Source: Enterobacteria phage vB_EcoM_IME339
DNA: 64,000 nucleotides
Sequence record: MH051915
Reading direction: 5' to 3' (one strand)
The translations under genes were made by a program, and so were the position numbers. Shown here in pieces: positions 8,806 through 21,000 of the stretch. Below the pieces are notes generated by a model. The model made no database searches. It saw only the letters and a program-made list of their open reading frames with translations, and was not told the origin of the DNA. Numbering within the stretch: the first letter of the stretch is position 1; each line of letters opens with the position of its first letter.

Positions 8806-9135
8806 ATGAACAAGTTAGAAATTGTTAATGAACTTCGTCGTTGTGCAGAACCCACTCAAGAGGGGTGGGACATCTGGTACCATGGAGCTTATCTTGGAAC
8901 TATCGTAAAGATTAAGACTGGTAAATACATGATTATTCGTGAAAGTAAAGATGCTCCAGTAGGTATTCGCAATAATTTTATGGCAGCGATAAGTTCATTT
9001 ACGGATGCAGCTTACGAAATTTACCTTGCTGATTATAAAGAATTCCAGGAATCTCAACCAGTTATTCGCTCAATTGGTGTTAACAAAGCTCAACAGAAAA
9101 CTTTGTGGCAGCGTATTAAAGGATGGTTTAAATGA
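8806..9135 (+). CDS. hypothetical protein (109 aa), motA.1 position
   Basis: ORF with SD; position only. Confidence 0.5.
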   Translation: MNKLEIVNELRRCAEPTQEGWDIWYHGAYLGTIVKIKTGKYMIIRESKDAPVGIRNNFMAAISSFTDAAYEIYLADYKEFQESQPVIRSIGVNKAQQKTLWQRIKGWFK

Positions 9136-9593
9136 ATCCATTTATTAATCGTTTAAAAATGCTGAATGTTCCTTTATCTCGTGAGACTCCAGAAAGTCTT
9201 GCTGAAAAATTTAAAGCACATGGTTATAAATGCACAGAAGAAGATATTCTAAAGGAAGTTCCTGAAATCTGTTGGCAGTCTGCATACTGGGATGAAAACC
9301 AAAAGTATCAACGACGAATTGTTTGTGCAGCCAACCGTTTTAAATTAAAAGATGGACGAACTCTTGTTATTCCAGGTGCTCGTCATTATTCTAAAGATAT
9401 GGCAGCAGTTTTAGATGTAGTTAAACCTCAATTAGTTACTCAGCAAGTTTGTGATGATGACCAAGGGTTTATTGACCAATATAGTAATTATTGGACACGT
9501 GAAGAAGCAATGATTATTGCAACTTACGCTGGACAAGTACGTATTGAACGCGGTGGTAGTGAAAAAGAACTTTACTCTGAGGACCTTTACTAA
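9132..9593 (+). CDS. hypothetical protein (153 aa)
   Basis: ORF with ATGA overlap to the upstream gene. Confidence 0.5.
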   Translation: MNPFINRLKMLNVPLSRETPESLAEKFKAHGYKCTEEDILKEVPEICWQSAYWDENQKYQRRIVCAANRFKLKDGRTLVIPGARHYSKDMAAVLDVVKPQLVTQQVCDDDQGFIDQYSNYWTREEAMIIATYAGQVRIERGGSEKELYSEDLY

Positions 9594-9889
9594 TGAATAT
9601 TAAAAAGTTTCAAATTGATGGAATTACTAATCAAATTCAAGCATTGGAATATGCTAATAAAATGATGTCAACCAAATGGGGAATTTATGCCAATGAACCG
9701 GCATTTCAGTTCTGTAATATGGAATTCACTAAAAAGCTCGTAGGAAAAGATTATGTATGTCCATTTAGTTCTCCAGTAAATGGAATGCTAAAACCTGCTT
9801 TACGTGATCTTTATATTGCGATGAACGAAGAAATGATAAAAGAACTAAAACGTCAACTGAAGGTGATTCAATTTGGCCAGGGAAATTAA
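9593..9889 (+). CDS. hypothetical protein (98 aa)
   Basis: ORF with TAATG overlap. Confidence 0.5.
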   Translation: MNIKKFQIDGITNQIQALEYANKMMSTKWGIYANEPAFQFCNMEFTKKLVGKDYVCPFSSPVNGMLKPALRDLYIAMNEEMIKELKRQLKVIQFGQGN

Positions 9890-10091
9890 TTCAAAATCCG
9901 ATTATTTTAATTCTCTCAATGATAAAGATAAAAATCTAATACGGCATTTTATTGTTGAGATGGGATATACTGACACACGTGATTTAAGAGAACATATATT
10001 TGAATGTGGTGTAGCTAAAAAGTTTTCATTCACATGCGAATGTTTAAGAGAGGTGATTCAGCACTATGAACAATTTAGTCGCAAAACATAA
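9873..10091 (+). CDS. hypothetical protein (72 aa), Cys-containing
   Basis: ORF overlapping the previous gene by 17 nt. Confidence 0.4.
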   Translation: MAREINSKSDYFNSLNDKDKNLIRHFIVEMGYTDTRDLREHIFECGVAKKFSFTCECLREVIQHYEQFSRKT

Positions 10092-10174
10092 TTTTAATAA
10101 AGCTTCTGTTCATAAAGATAAGAAGAAAGCGTTTAAAGAATCTAATCGCAAACAGAAACATAAGGGGAAGGTCT

Positions 10175-10453
10175 ATGATTATTGATTCTCAATCTGTGGT
10201 TCAATATACAATCAAAATTGATATTCTAGAAAAGCTATATAAGTTTCTACCAAATTTATACCACTCAATTGTCAATGAATTAGTTGAAGAACTACATCTT
10301 GAGAATAATGATTTCTTGGTTGGAACTTATAAAGATAACTCAAAGGCGGGATATTTTTATGTAATTCCAGCTCCAGGAAAAAGTATTGATGATGTATTAA
10401 AAACTATAATGTTTTACGTCCATGATTACGAAATTGAAGATTATTTCGAATGA
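10175..10453 (+). CDS. arn: candidate Arn (anti-restriction nuclease, DNA mimic) homologue
   Basis: 92 aa as T4 Arn, acidic C-terminus DYEIEDYFE, between motA and asiA. Confidence 0.5.
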   Translation: MIIDSQSVVQYTIKIDILEKLYKFLPNLYHSIVNELVEELHLENNDFLVGTYKDNSKAGYFYVIPAPGKSIDDVLKTIMFYVHDYEIEDYFE

Positions 10454-10602
10454 GTCATAATCTTGAAAAGGTAATCGAGCATAATGTAGCTCAGGAACGT
10501 GAGTCGTTCAAGGAATTCGTAGAAAAAATTTTTGAAGAAAATAACACAGACCAGTTTACAAATCAAGTGTCTGATGATATTATAATAAAGTCAACTAATT
10601 GA
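10450..10602 (+). CDS. small acidic hypothetical protein (50 aa)
   Basis: ATG overlaps the arn-like stop; MSHNLEKVIEHNVAQERESFKEF... Confidence 0.35.
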   Translation: MSHNLEKVIEHNVAQERESFKEFVEKIFEENNTDQFTNQVSDDIIIKSTN

Positions 10603-10614
10603 GTGGTATAGTTA

Positions 10615-10887
10615 ATGAATAAAAACATTGATACAGTTCGTGAAATTATTACTGTTGCGTCTATTTTGATTAAATTTTCCAGAGAAGATATTGTTGAAAA
10701 TCGTGCTAATTTTATTGCATTTCTGAATGAGATTGGAGTAACGCATGAAGGTAGAAAGTTAAATCAGAATTCATTCCGTAAAATTGTTTCTGAATTAACT
10801 CAAGAAGATAAGAAAACCCTCATCGACGAATTCAACGAGGGTTTTGAGGGTGTATATCGATATCTAGAGATGTATACAAACAAATAA
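10615..10887 (+). CDS. asiA: AsiA anti-sigma70 factor
   Basis: 90 aa, same length as T4 AsiA; synteny. Confidence 0.85.
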   Translation: MNKNIDTVREIITVASILIKFSREDIVENRANFIAFLNEIGVTHEGRKLNQNSFRKIVSELTQEDKKTLIDEFNEGFEGVYRYLEMYTNK

Positions 10888-11544
10888 TTATTTAGCCCTT
10901 CCTAATATTCTGGCCGCCTGAGCACATATTGATTCAAGGCGGTCATTACTTATATGATCATTTCTATACCAGTACATGGTTATTGTTCCAGCATAGATAT
11001 TATCCAAATTGAAATATGGACAACTGTACATGTAGTTTATTTCGGGAGTAGGCTTTTTAGTCGGTAAAAAAGCAAATTTTGAATTGGAATAATAATGACG
11101 TCCATTTAAATGGACTGTATATTCATCCATAGTTTTATCAACAGGATATCCTCCAAGTGATTTTTCACTTATTGTTGAAGGTAATTTTCCTTCATATGCT
11201 ATAATATCAACAAAATAGTTTAAGTTTTTAGGGCGGAAAGAATACACCGCACTAAAGTCTGCCTCAGATGATATGTGAACTATCTGGAGTTGTTCCAGGG
11301 CGACAGATTCAAAGCGTGCATTTCTTTCCTTTTCAATAATTTCACTGTATGTTTCATACTTTGATTGCTTATAGTACTCAAAGAAACTATCTCCCCTATA
11401 CCAAACAATCGCCATCATAAATAAAAGAATTACGACAGCTACTCGGGAAGCAAGAACATTCCCGGTAGCGTTATCTTTGAACAAGCGATCTAGAACACCC
11501 AACAGAATATCAGAGGGCGAAAATGATATTCTAGGTGCTGCCAT
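10888..11544 (-). CDS. t: holin
   Basis: 218 aa, same length as T4 holin T; N-terminal TM segment; downstream of gene 38. Confidence 0.85.
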   Translation of the reverse strand: MAAPRISFSPSDILLGVLDRLFKDNATGNVLASRVAVVILLFMMAIVWYRGDSFFEYYKQSKYETYSEIIEKERNARFESVALEQLQIVHISSEADFSAVYSFRPKNLNYFVDIIAYEGKLPSTISEKSLGGYPVDKTMDEYTVHLNGRHYYSNSKFAFLPTKKPTPEINYMYSCPYFNLDNIYAGTITMYWYRNDHISNDRLESICAQAARILGRAK

Positions 11545-11574
11545 AGACCCTCCTTTTAAGGATATTTATTCAAA

Positions 11575-12360
11575 TTATACTCTTGCACCATATATTGTAC
11601 CAACTTTAGTCCAAGTTGGAGCATTACCAGTAACAGCTTTACCTGCTGCACCGCCGTTATATTCTGATCCTTGACCGCGAATATTACATTTACCTCCTGC
11701 GGCACCGGCATCACCACCATTCCCGCCATTATAGATACCGTTGACAGACCCTTTACCGGGAGCAGAAATAGTACCAGCAGTAGCACCTTGTTCCATATTA
11801 GCAGACCCACCAGCAGCGCCAAATGGACGACCGCCGCCACCGCCAAAGGTTAATCTCATTTGTGAAAAAGGAGAATAATACCCGCCGCCACCGCCGCCAC
11901 CGCCGCCTGCGATAACACCATTGTTGTTAATACGTAATCTAGTTCCAATTCCGTTATTTATTGCAGTTCCTCCTGCTCCACCGGCAGAGTTATTTCCGCC
12001 ATTCCCGCCACGGCCCCAAACATGCACGCCTGAATTGATATTAAGTGTCACATATGCATTAGTTAATGAGCTAGGAAAATCTAAGCATGGAACACCAGTA
12101 GATTGAGAAACAATATTTCCTGTAATAGTAATAACAACAGGCGTGGACCCTTGTGCTTTTATCCAGTTTATTAATGTATCTTTATTATAAGAATTACTAG
12201 CACCAATGCTATAATATACTTCTTTAGATTGTCCGGCCATTGAGCTCATCCAACCGGGAACTGAAACACGGACTGCTCTCATTGCAGCATCCATCCAACG
12301 TTGTCCAGTTTCATTCACGGCAGATTCACCAATCCAGCCAGGAACACCTACAATTGCCAT
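11575..12360 (-). CDS. 38: gp38 receptor-binding adhesin, T2-type with glycine-rich motifs
   Basis: 261 aa; N-terminus MAIVGVPGWIGESAVNETGQRWM as in T2-family gp38; several poly-Gly blocks; T4 gp38 is a 183-aa chaperone instead. Confidence 0.8.
   Translation of the reverse strand: MAIVGVPGWIGESAVNETGQRWMDAAMRAVRVSVPGWMSSMAGQSKEVYYSIGASNSYNKDTLINWIKAQGSTPVVITITGNIVSQSTGVPCLDFPSSLTNAYVTLNINSGVHVWGRGGNGGNNSAGGAGGTAINNGIGTRLRINNNGVIAGGGGGGGGGYYSPFSQMRLTFGGGGGRPFGAAGGSANMEQGATAGTISAPGKGSVNGIYNGGNGGDAGAAGGKCNIRGQGSEYNGGAAGKAVTGNAPTWTKVGTIYGARV
11829..11907 (-). repeat. (GGN)n low-complexity repeat encoding poly-glycine motifs inside gene 38
   Basis: ccgccgccaccgcc runs on the plus strand; translated GGGGGGGGG on the minus strand. 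Confidence 0.7.
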
Positions 12361-12390
12361 TAAAAATCCTTAGAGGGCCGAAGCCCTCTT

Positions 12391-15300
12391 TTACATAAGT
12401 TTAGATTCAAGTTCTTTTACACGAGAAGAAAGCGTTTTCACAGCTTCAACCAGAAGAGCAATCTGGGCTTGAGAAGAAACAGTGAGTATTTTATTACCCT
12501 TTCTATCTTCTGTTTCACGGACAGCTTCTGGTAAAACGTCTTGTAACGTTTGAGCCACAATACCCGCTTCAGTTTCAATTGCCTCTCCACCGATGTATTC
12601 AGCTTTATCGTAAATGACACCGTTAAGTTTTTCAACTTTATCAAGTGCATTTTCGATAGGTTTGAAGTTGGATTTTAAACGAATATCAGAACGAATATAA
12701 ACGTTTGGAGCATTTATATTTTTGTATGAGTACAAATCACCATTTTGGAAACGGAATACTTGTACGCTGTTCGCATATATGTCTAATAATCCATCGCCAT
12801 TTTGCTTAATACCAGTATCGTTATCACCAAATGTTATACTGTTTCCACCGAGACCATTTGATGTATTGACACCAAAGGCACCTGTTTGTGGTAGCAGTAC
12901 TTTACCAGGGCAGTCTAGAGTACCGTCCATTGTAAAGCGCCATCTTGCTTGCTGGCCATTAGCATTGTCGCCACGTATACGAATAATACCATCACGCCAT
13001 CCAGCGGTGGTACCAGAGCCGACCCATCCAAATTCAAAGGTTTGGCGATAACCCGCCGAGCCGTAGTTACTGTATGCACCTACAATAGGATAATAACTGC
13101 CTGAATTAGATAAATCCCCATGGTCTGCCATAAAGGTGATTTTAGATTTCATTGTATCCGAGTTATCAGCCCAACCAGACGCTCCTCGCCAACCTGCTAC
13201 TACACGAGACGAGATATTACCTAAACTAGTATTACCACTAGTAACATTCAAGCCACCAGTAACATTCAAGCCACCGCCGGTAATATTTAGACCATGGTTC
13301 ATACCAACGCGACCATCAGCCATATTAATGGAGAAAGGTCTTAAATTATTCCAATCACCACTAGCCGCATTGGGTTTTTCTGACGTATTCTTGTCTGTAG
13401 CTAAAATATAAAAACTTCCACCATCATTTCGAATGATAGCAGCATTCGAATCAATATCATTACCTCTGGATTTAATACGTAAACCTTTTTGGTTATTGGT
13501 AACAAATTCACCACGAGTAACAACATCAGATTCGCCAGCAGCAAACATTCCATCGATGTTATTCAATAATCTTACAGTTTTACCTACTACATGACCTTCT
13601 GGAAGTGTTTCAACAATAGGTTGAATTCCTCCGTTAAGACCGACTACGGTTACTGTACTATTACTGGTGCATGAATATTCGATGACTAAAGCATTTGAAT
13701 ATCCTCCCACATAAACATAAACGTCATATGTATCATTGCTCGTGTTAACTGTGGCAATTTGTGAAAATGCTTCAGAAGTTCTGTTCCATAATGTAGCGTT
13801 AAGTCCTTTAGGATTATTATTTCCAGTTCTAAGAATTATTTCTGCGACAGAAGCTTGCCCATAACTTTTAAAATTAAATCCTGAACCGCCATATATTTTA
13901 AATGCTACTGTTCCAGTAGATTGAGGAATATTAACTGTCGCAAACTTATACCATCCAGTTGTGGCTCCGCCTGACCAACCACCAACATCGACTTTATTGT
14001 TTAACGTTGTATTTAAGTTGGCAAAATTACCAGTACCGCCTGTGATGTTGCCATCTGTACCAATTCGAATATTATTAATTTTAAGAGGCTTAGTAATATC
14101 GACAGTATCAGAGTTTAATGCAATACCATGTGAATAGGTGTAGTTATGCATACGAACGACGTTTCCGCCATCGCCAATACCTAAATACCATTTTGTAACA
14201 TCCGCTTTACGTCCTTGGATAAAGTTAGACGCTGCTTGAGAAGAAGCATTCAAAACAATACCGTCGGAATCCATGTTAACACGAAGTCTAACATCGGTTT
14301 GAACAAATTTTGATACGTTATCAATAGTAAGCAAATTTTTTCCAGCTTGTGTATGATTGCCCATCATAACACTGCCATTTGCGAGATTGATGGTAAATGG
14401 GCGTAAATTACTTATTCCACCACTTTCGCCAGCATCTTTAGGAGTTGGGATAATATAAAAGTTAGTTTCCGAACGACGGAAAATAGCACCGTATTCAGCA
14501 TTCCAAATTCTTAATGCATCAGCAGTTCCGCCAAATTTGGCTTGGCCGTTTATAGACATTCCGTTATTAGCAACTAAACTTGATTCAGTAACAATAGAAC
14601 CGGAAGCAGTAATACCACCAGAAGTTAATAAACCACCATTAACTCGGAGTTGAATAGGCCCGACAGTCGAACCAGGTGCAGGAGCTACGCGTTGAGAATA
14701 AAAATGGTAACCTTGCCCATCTGATACTTCAAAGACTGTTTCACGATTACGATCACCAGATGCGTTAAATGAATTTCCCCATGCTTTAACTGTAACAGGG
14801 CTTTTGTTTTGACCTGCGCGAGTACCACTGTTCCAGTATATACTTCTAGTACCATCTGCAGCCGTCGGGGCGTTAAACTGGAATCCCTGATTATCAGGTC
14901 CATCAATAATTATGCCTTTATTAAGACGAAAAGCTAATGTAGAATTAATACTTCCAGTTGCGGCATTAAAGCTAATACTTTCACCGCCGGTGGTTAACTT
15001 CAATATACCTGGGTTAACGTCTACACCTTCCTGAGTATTAATATTAGTTTTGCCTTTACCGCGGAAATAATGACTCATTTTACCGCCAGCATTGTACCCA
15101 ATATGCGTCTGGCCGTCTCCAGCATTGTTATTATCAGCTTGCGTTTGAACAGACAAGAAAGCGGCATTAGTGCCAGGCATAATCCATGTGGTGCCTTGGT
15201 CCTCGGAACGACCAAATATACCTTTACGAGTACTACGGAAACTGTCAGGAGTAATAGAAGCAACAGAATATCCACCGCCAACTAGATCAAATACACCAGT

Positions 15301-16239
15301 TTTTTTGTATGACAAGCCAGTTACAGTGTCACCGAGAACAAGATATTTATCGCCCATTACACCGACGTTGCCATAATCACTAGACGGGAAATTTGTAGTG
15401 AATGTACCTAATGCAAGGCTATTACGGCCTGCCATTCGTCCGTCATTACGAATGCCATATTGTTTAGATGATGGAGTATTACCTGTCCACCAAGACATTT
15501 CATCAGCCTGGCCAGTCTGAGCAGTACAAAGCTCATGCCACATAGTGCCACCTGATTTAGCTCGAACTTTACGAAGATAGTTTACACCATTTGTTTCACC
15601 GGTTCCAGGATAAACATACTGAACTAATGATTGTGAATCGTATTGTCCAAAGGCTTTAGAATCATGATTAATTAAATTAACACTAATAGTTGGTGTACTA
15701 ATAGAAGTTAAAGCAGTTAATTTGCGTGCCTGGAAGATACCACCATCAGTAGAAATGAAATGAAATTCTGAATTTTGAGCTCCCGCAGCGGTTCCTTGAC
15801 GAACACGCATTGTAATTACGCCTTCATTTTCAGACTGCGGTTTTGAATATAAAACGCCACGTTCTGAGCCATTTGTATTTTCAAACCAAAGATGGGCATT
15901 TGCAGTATCATTTATTGCTCTTGTATAAAATGAACCGGATGTTGATCTGAATACTGTAGCAGAAACAATATTACTTGCCGTAATAGTACCACTTGTAGAA
16001 AAATTTCCAAAGTTGTTTATTGGTCCATTGACGCGTAAAGTTCCATCAATAGTTACATTTCCATCAATTTGACCTCCTTTAGCAATACCTAGATCAATGA
16101 TATTTCCTGAATCATCTTTAGTAAAAATTGTTCTATCTTTTAAGTTTATAGCCAATTCACCTTCGGCTAATACTGAAGCAGCAGGACGTGCACCTGCGGT
16201 TTTGCTTCTTTTAAATTGTATTTGTTTTAAAGTAGCCAT
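12391..16239 (-). CDS. 37: long tail fiber distal subunit gp37 with C-terminal intramolecular chaperone (peptidase S74-like) domain
   Basis: 1282 aa (T4 gp37 is 1026 aa); C-terminal region carries [11 protein letters not shown]...LDKVEKL...[15 protein letters not shown]...LLVEAVKTL, matching the self-cleaving chaperone family. Confidence 0.85.
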   Translation of the reverse strand: MATLKQIQFKRSKTAGARPAASVLAEGELAINLKDRTIFTKDDSGNIIDLGIAKGGQIDGNVTIDGTLRVNGPINNFGNFSTSGTITASNIVSATVFRSTSGSFYTRAINDTANAHLWFENTNGSERGVLYSKPQSENEGVITMRVRQGTAAGAQNSEFHFISTDGGIFQARKLTALTSISTPTISVNLINHDSKAFGQYDSQSLVQYVYPGTGETNGVNYLRKVRAKSGGTMWHELCTAQTGQADEMSWWTGNTPSSKQYGIRNDGRMAGRNSLALGTFTTNFPSSDYGNVGVMGDKYLVLGDTVTGLSYKKTGVFDLVGGGYSVASITPDSFRSTRKGIFGRSEDQGTTWIMPGTNAAFLSVQTQADNNNAGDGQTHIGYNAGGKMSHYFRGKGKTNINTQEGVDVNPGILKLTTGGESISFNAATGSINSTLAFRLNKGIIIDGPDNQGFQFNAPTAADGTRSIYWNSGTRAGQNKSPVTVKAWGNSFNASGDRNRETVFEVSDGQGYHFYSQRVAPAPGSTVGPIQLRVNGGLLTSGGITASGSIVTESSLVANNGMSINGQAKFGGTADALRIWNAEYGAIFRRSETNFYIIPTPKDAGESGGISNLRPFTINLANGSVMMGNHTQAGKNLLTIDNVSKFVQTDVRLRVNMDSDGIVLNASSQAASNFIQGRKADVTKWYLGIGDGGNVVRMHNYTYSHGIALNSDTVDITKPLKINNIRIGTDGNITGGTGNFANLNTTLNNKVDVGGWSGGATTGWYKFATVNIPQSTGTVAFKIYGGSGFNFKSYGQASVAEIILRTGNNNPKGLNATLWNRTSEAFSQIATVNTSNDTYDVYVYVGGYSNALVIEYSCTSNSTVTVVGLNGGIQPIVETLPEGHVVGKTVRLLNNIDGMFAAGESDVVTRGEFVTNNQKGLRIKSRGNDIDSNAAIIRNDGGSFYILATDKNTSEKPNAASGDWNNLRPFSINMADGRVGMNHGLNITGGGLNVTGGLNVTSGNTSLGNISSRVVAGWRGASGWADNSDTMKSKITFMADHGDLSNSGSYYPIVGAYSNYGSAGYRQTFEFGWVGSGTTAGWRDGIIRIRGDNANGQQARWRFTMDGTLDCPGKVLLPQTGAFGVNTSNGLGGNSITFGDNDTGIKQNGDGLLDIYANSVQVFRFQNGDLYSYKNINAPNVYIRSDIRLKSNFKPIENALDKVEKLNGVIYDKAEYIGGEAIETEAGIVAQTLQDVLPEAVRETEDRKGNKILTVSSQAQIALLVEAVKTLSSRVKELESKLM

Positions 16240-16247
16240 AAGTCCTC

Positions 16248-16907
16248 TTAATAATAGCCGAAATCTTGAACAGAATCCTTAATTACGATTTGGTCAAATC
16301 GTGGAACATGTGAAGGTTGAGATGCGGGATTCTGTGAGAAAAAGTTTGGCGCTGTTAAATTACCTGTCATAGTATCGCCAGAACGCAACACTCTAGAGTT
16401 CGCATTTGCTGTAACAGTATTTATTGCTCCATCCACATAGTCCTTTCTAGTAAGGTCATTTGCGGCAATGGGCGCTGCGGCTTCGGCTCGCACCTGACGC
16501 TGTGAATTTATATTACCACGGGCCGAAATTTCACCGTCACGAACGTTAAAAACAATTGTCCTGGGTCCTGTTCCTTGAGATGATTTAAATCCGATACCAT
16601 ACCAAGATACTATATCAAGGTTAACCTTATCATAAGTTGCTCCATCACCTGGCCCAACAAACACCCCGGTCAGACCATTGCCAGCTGCCGGGACTTGAAT
16701 ACCCTTGTTAAAGATAACTCGGCCTAGATAAGTACCGCCATTAGCTTTAGAAACGAAATCGTTATCAGCAGCTTGTGGTTTATTATATTCTGAATATATT
16801 TTAAATGATTTATAGAGTACATCGTCACCGGCTGGATTCAATGGAAAATTTCCTTGATGCCAAATGACAGAGCCTCCAGTTGTTGAACCTACTTTTAAAT
16901 CAGCCAT
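16248..16907 (-). CDS. 36: long tail fiber hinge connector gp36
   Basis: 219 aa (T4 gp36 221 aa); synteny. Confidence 0.85.
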   Translation of the reverse strand: MADLKVGSTTGGSVIWHQGNFPLNPAGDDVLYKSFKIYSEYNKPQAADNDFVSKANGGTYLGRVIFNKGIQVPAAGNGLTGVFVGPGDGATYDKVNLDIVSWYGIGFKSSQGTGPRTIVFNVRDGEISARGNINSQRQVRAEAAAPIAANDLTRKDYVDGAINTVTANANSRVLRSGDTMTGNLTAPNFFSQNPASQPSHVPRFDQIVIKDSVQDFGYY

Positions 16908-16930
16908 TGTATGCCCCTTTATTTTAATAG

Positions 16931-16938
16931 TATTTATA
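16931..16938 (-). promoter_or_regulatory. late promoter TATAAATA upstream of gene 36
   Basis: Plus strand reads tatttata, 24 nt upstream of the gp36 start. Confidence 0.55.
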
Positions 16939-16969
16939 AAGAAAAAGGGAACCCGAAGGCTCCCTCAAT

Positions 16970-18085
16970 TTATACTTCTCTAAATTCTTGCCCAAACACT
17001 TTACCAGTTTTAGACGATGCTTGCGTAGGAAGTACCATTATATCCGGAGGTGAAGCAGATTCACAGATATAATTAACACGAATGCCATTTACGCCAAATT
17101 CAGCAGGTTTCGAAATTCCGCCATTTCTTGACACTTCAGAAAAACTTAAATTCCTCATGCCACCTTGACCGGCTTGTGCAGTTCTTTGTGCGTATATCGT
17201 AAATCCTACTGCATTTTCTGGAACAACTACATAATCTTCCTTTAATTCCCAAGACCCAGCTTGTCCGGTAAACTCAGCTTGTGTCGAGGAAATATATCCA
17301 TTAGATGCGTTATAAAAACGGATAGATATATTTGTGGTTCCAAGCGCAAGTAAATCAGCATCGGCATATAATTGAGCTTTAAGATAAAGCACATCGCCAG
17401 GAATTAAATTATAATCAGAGAGTTTACTTATAGCAGCTGAAGTTGGTAATCGCGCAATTTCGTTATTAGTTCCACCAACCGCTGACATAAATTGCTCAAC
17501 GCTTTCGTATGTTCTTCTTGGAAAGCCGGTAGCTCCAACGTCTTCTAAACTGTCAAATACAACATCTAAAATAGTTTGATAATCATCTGTGCTTTTTCTA
17601 TTACTTAATTTAACATGCTCTAATGCAATAGCTCTTTTAGAAGAAGTGTAAAAAGCAGCATATGATACGTCGAATCTTGACAATATAGAATCAGATGGAA
17701 AAGCAGACGTTCCTGCGGTTCTTAGCCAAGATACTACTTCAGGAGGAAAATTAACCTTTCCGCTAGTTAATATAGCAACAAGTCTATTATTCGCCAAAGA
17801 ATTCATGAAACTAACAAAAGCAGCTGATGTAGTATCATTTGAAGTCGAAAAAGCATATGACTTACTATCAACTAATGCTCCTGTAGAAGGGTCAAAAACT
17901 CTTAAATGAAGACCTGCATTAAATGTTTGATTTCCGACAGGATTATCCTGAAATTTAACGTACGGTCCTGCTGTAGAAAGCGGGCAAGAACCCGCTATAC
18001 TTATTTTGTATCTTACTGAATTACTTTCCGATAAAAATGGCGTTTGGACGTATCCTTGTCCAAACTCTGCCATAAATTTTTCCAT
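16970..18085 (-). CDS. 35: long tail fiber hinge protein gp35
   Basis: 371 aa (T4 gp35 372 aa); synteny. Confidence 0.85.
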   Translation of the reverse strand: MEKFMAEFGQGYVQTPFLSESNSVRYKISIAGSCPLSTAGPYVKFQDNPVGNQTFNAGLHLRVFDPSTGALVDSKSYAFSTSNDTTSAAFVSFMNSLANNRLVAILTSGKVNFPPEVVSWLRTAGTSAFPSDSILSRFDVSYAAFYTSSKRAIALEHVKLSNRKSTDDYQTILDVVFDSLEDVGATGFPRRTYESVEQFMSAVGGTNNEIARLPTSAAISKLSDYNLIPGDVLYLKAQLYADADLLALGTTNISIRFYNASNGYISSTQAEFTGQAGSWELKEDYVVVPENAVGFTIYAQRTAQAGQGGMRNLSFSEVSRNGGISKPAEFGVNGIRVNYICESASPPDIMVLPTQASSKTGKVFGQEFREV

Positions 18086-18093
18086 AATACCTC

Positions 18094-21000
18094 TTATTCA
18101 ACCCATTCAAATTTAACAGATTTATTCACTGGGTCAGGAATAATGCGAACATTACCAATTCGCAAGAAATCACGAATAGTAAGATTCCCCATTGTAGCAT
18201 TATCAGATGGTAAAGCACCAATATCAGATGGTTGTGGAGGGTTACCTCCGTCAAATACCTGAACAAAACTTGACCAAGAGTTTTTGGTTTTCTGCCATGT
18301 ACGTGTCCAGCGAGTGGTACGCGCTTCTGGAGTCGTTGGATAAGTAATCCAATCTTGGTAAAGCGAATCAAGTGTGTTACCAAATTGAGTCAATGTACCA
18401 GGAGATTTAACCTCTTCTCCACGTTCTAAGTATGGAAGTCCAGTCACTTCATTAGTTTTTTCAACCATTTTAAAATAACCTGGGAACTGGTTATAAGTAG
18501 CTGAATCATTAATGTCAATTGACCAGAATCCTACAGTATCAGATGTTGGCGCACGGGTGTATAGGTCAGCAGTTTTAGTGCCCTGAGAACGAATTCTCGA
18601 GTTAACAGTTAAACCACCTGAATTTATAGTAGCACCTTTGGCAATGATTAAGCTTTCACCAATCGTTACTTGACCAGATGCATTATTAATAGATAAAGGA
18701 CGTAATCCATTAAATCCGCCAGTCTGATCACCCGATGCAGTGAGCATAAAATATGTGCTGCCGCCATCATTCCTGATAAAGAATCCATAATTACCACTTA
18801 TTGCTCTAAAAGCATTCGATGATTTGCTGATGAATTCACCATTAGCAGTAACTGAACTACCAAATGTTGCAACGCCGTTCGCGTTCAAAGAACCCGAAGC
18901 ATTGACATTTATCGGCATCACAGTACCATTGATACTAAACGTTATATTCCCAGCTTTATTACGTTGAGAATAAAAGTGATTAGACGTTTCATCACCAACT
19001 TCAAATACAGTAGAACGTGTTGTATCTGAACCGCCGCCAAACTGATTTCCCCAAACTCTGATAGTCATCGTCTGTACTGGGTTAGTTCCAGTTTGAGGTC
19101 CTTTCTCAAAAATCAGACGAGTTGCCGTTCCAGTATTAGAAATAGTTAATGTACTATTTGCCGAAACTGATCCACCAAACGTAGCAGTACTAGATGATAC
19201 AAGAGGGGCATTCAGATTCGTTTGTTGGGTTAAGGTTAGTGAACCATTAACCGTCTGTGCAATATCCCTACGAATGAACTGAGATGAATCTAGACCATCT
19301 AATAAATTCGCGTCAGCAGCTTTTGCTTTTAACGGCAAATAATTTGCTAATACACGGTTTAATTCATATGGTGATACTGCATAGCTATTTTTCTCGTATA
19401 GCTCTAAGCTCTGTGTAGAACCAACTGTATCATTACCAACGAATGTAATTGAACCAGATGAAGTTTTAACAAAGCCTCTTATTGCAGTAGTAGCTGCCCA
19501 AGTAGGTTCACTCTGCACAATCCATTTTAAATTTTTTGGAGATACAGCAGTATTTGCTGACGTTCCAGCCACAGTTTCAGACTGAGTCGCAACTTTAATA
19601 ACACCTTCCTGTGCTTCAGTAGATTTAGTACCTAAAAGCTTTTTAGGAGTTATTAAAACATTATCCAATGTTCCTGCAGCAGCTTCAACTTGTGTAGCTA
19701 CACGAAGTGTACCACGCTGTGTCTCATTTGCTTCAAGAATATTAAGGGTATAATGGTCCCAGAGAGTTCCTGATTCAACTAATCCAGATAGAGCAACAAC
19801 AGAAGTACGATCAGTACTATTAAATCTGGTTTTAATTTTTAATGGTGTAGAGATACGAGTATCGTCGACGCCTGCGTCGAATTCAACTTGCGTAGCAATT
19901 TCAGCTATACCACTTAAACTTTCAGTTGCTATACGGTCATTTAAAGTTTTAGGAGTGACTGCACGAGTATAATCAGTTCCTGTATTAACTTCACTTTGTG
20001 TAGCAATTTCAATTAAACCAATTCTTGCATCAGTTGATGTCTTTTTATGTAACGTTTCTGGCGTTACAACAGCATTTGCCCATCCTTCTTGACTCTGTCC
20101 AGCAATTACTTCACTTTCAACTGCTAAAATTACTGCACCTTGTTGCGTTGGAGTAGCTTTATACTGATCCAAAGCTTTAGGCGAAACGACTAAATTATTA
20201 GTGTTTTTATTATAAACGTTTGTACCATTTAATTCACGACTAGAAGCTGGAGTAGCTCCTGTAGTAGATACAAAAGTTACAATACCAGATAATGACTCAG
20301 AACCTTGTCGAGCTTGAAGCTTTTTAGGAGTGATGATTGTAGTATCATCAGTACCTGCATTAGTTTCCTGCTGCGTAGCAATTTCAGCAACACCTCTACG
20401 AGTTTCTGTAGCAGTTCTTTCATTCAGCTTTTTAGGAGTGATGATAATATCGTCAGCAAAAGAGAATGTAGTGTTCTGATTCACTTGAGCAGTAGTTGCT
20501 ATTCTTGCGATACCTCTACGAGTTTCTGTAGCAGTACGGTTAGCTAATGTTTCTGGAGTAATTGCTAATTCTTTTTGTGGAGAATTTTCTAAATCAGCAT
20601 TAGCTTGAGCTTGTGTAGCTAAAGCAATTACGCCTAATCTTGCTCTAGTAGAATCATTTAAAGAATCAACTCTTTCTACAGTTGGAACGTTTTGCTGTAC
20701 AACCCAGTATTTTCCGTCAGAATCTTCTATATAAGCAAGTTGTAAAACTGGAACATAATTAGTTTCACCGTTAAAAACTAATTCTTGAACAGTTACCCAT
20801 TCAGCTTCAGGCGGATATTCTGAACGTTTTGGGAACTGCAGCAATTGAACTGAAGAAGCAATTTTATCTTCACCGGCAGCTTTGATTTTAACTGTTTGTC
20901 CTTTTCTCATGTAATTCATGGAAATTTTAACAGTATCACCAACAGAAATATTAGTTGGAAGCTGGAGTTCAATTGTTTGAGTTATTCCATTATTCGCTCC

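Noticed and set aside
11829-11907. GC-rich (ccgccgccaccgcc)n microsatellite-like repeat that could be mistaken for a repeat array
   Set aside because: It is the coding sequence for the poly-glycine motifs of gp38, a protein-level feature rather than a non-coding repeat array.
11477-13411. Plus-strand ORFs of 60 to 110 aa (11477..11674, 11671..11853, 11921..12106, 12722..13051, 13136..13411) inside genes t, 38 and 37
   Set aside because: They lie antisense within large minus-strand genes of certain identity and are Pro/Ala/Gly-rich as expected from antisense reading of Gly/Ser/Thr-rich fiber genes; no start context.
18126-18383. Minus-strand 85-aa ORF and other short alternative-frame ORFs (for example 20305..20547, 29356..29577, 53313..53495) overlapping large genes
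   Set aside because: They sit entirely within confidently assigned genes in another frame or on the opposite strand, without ribosome-binding sites.
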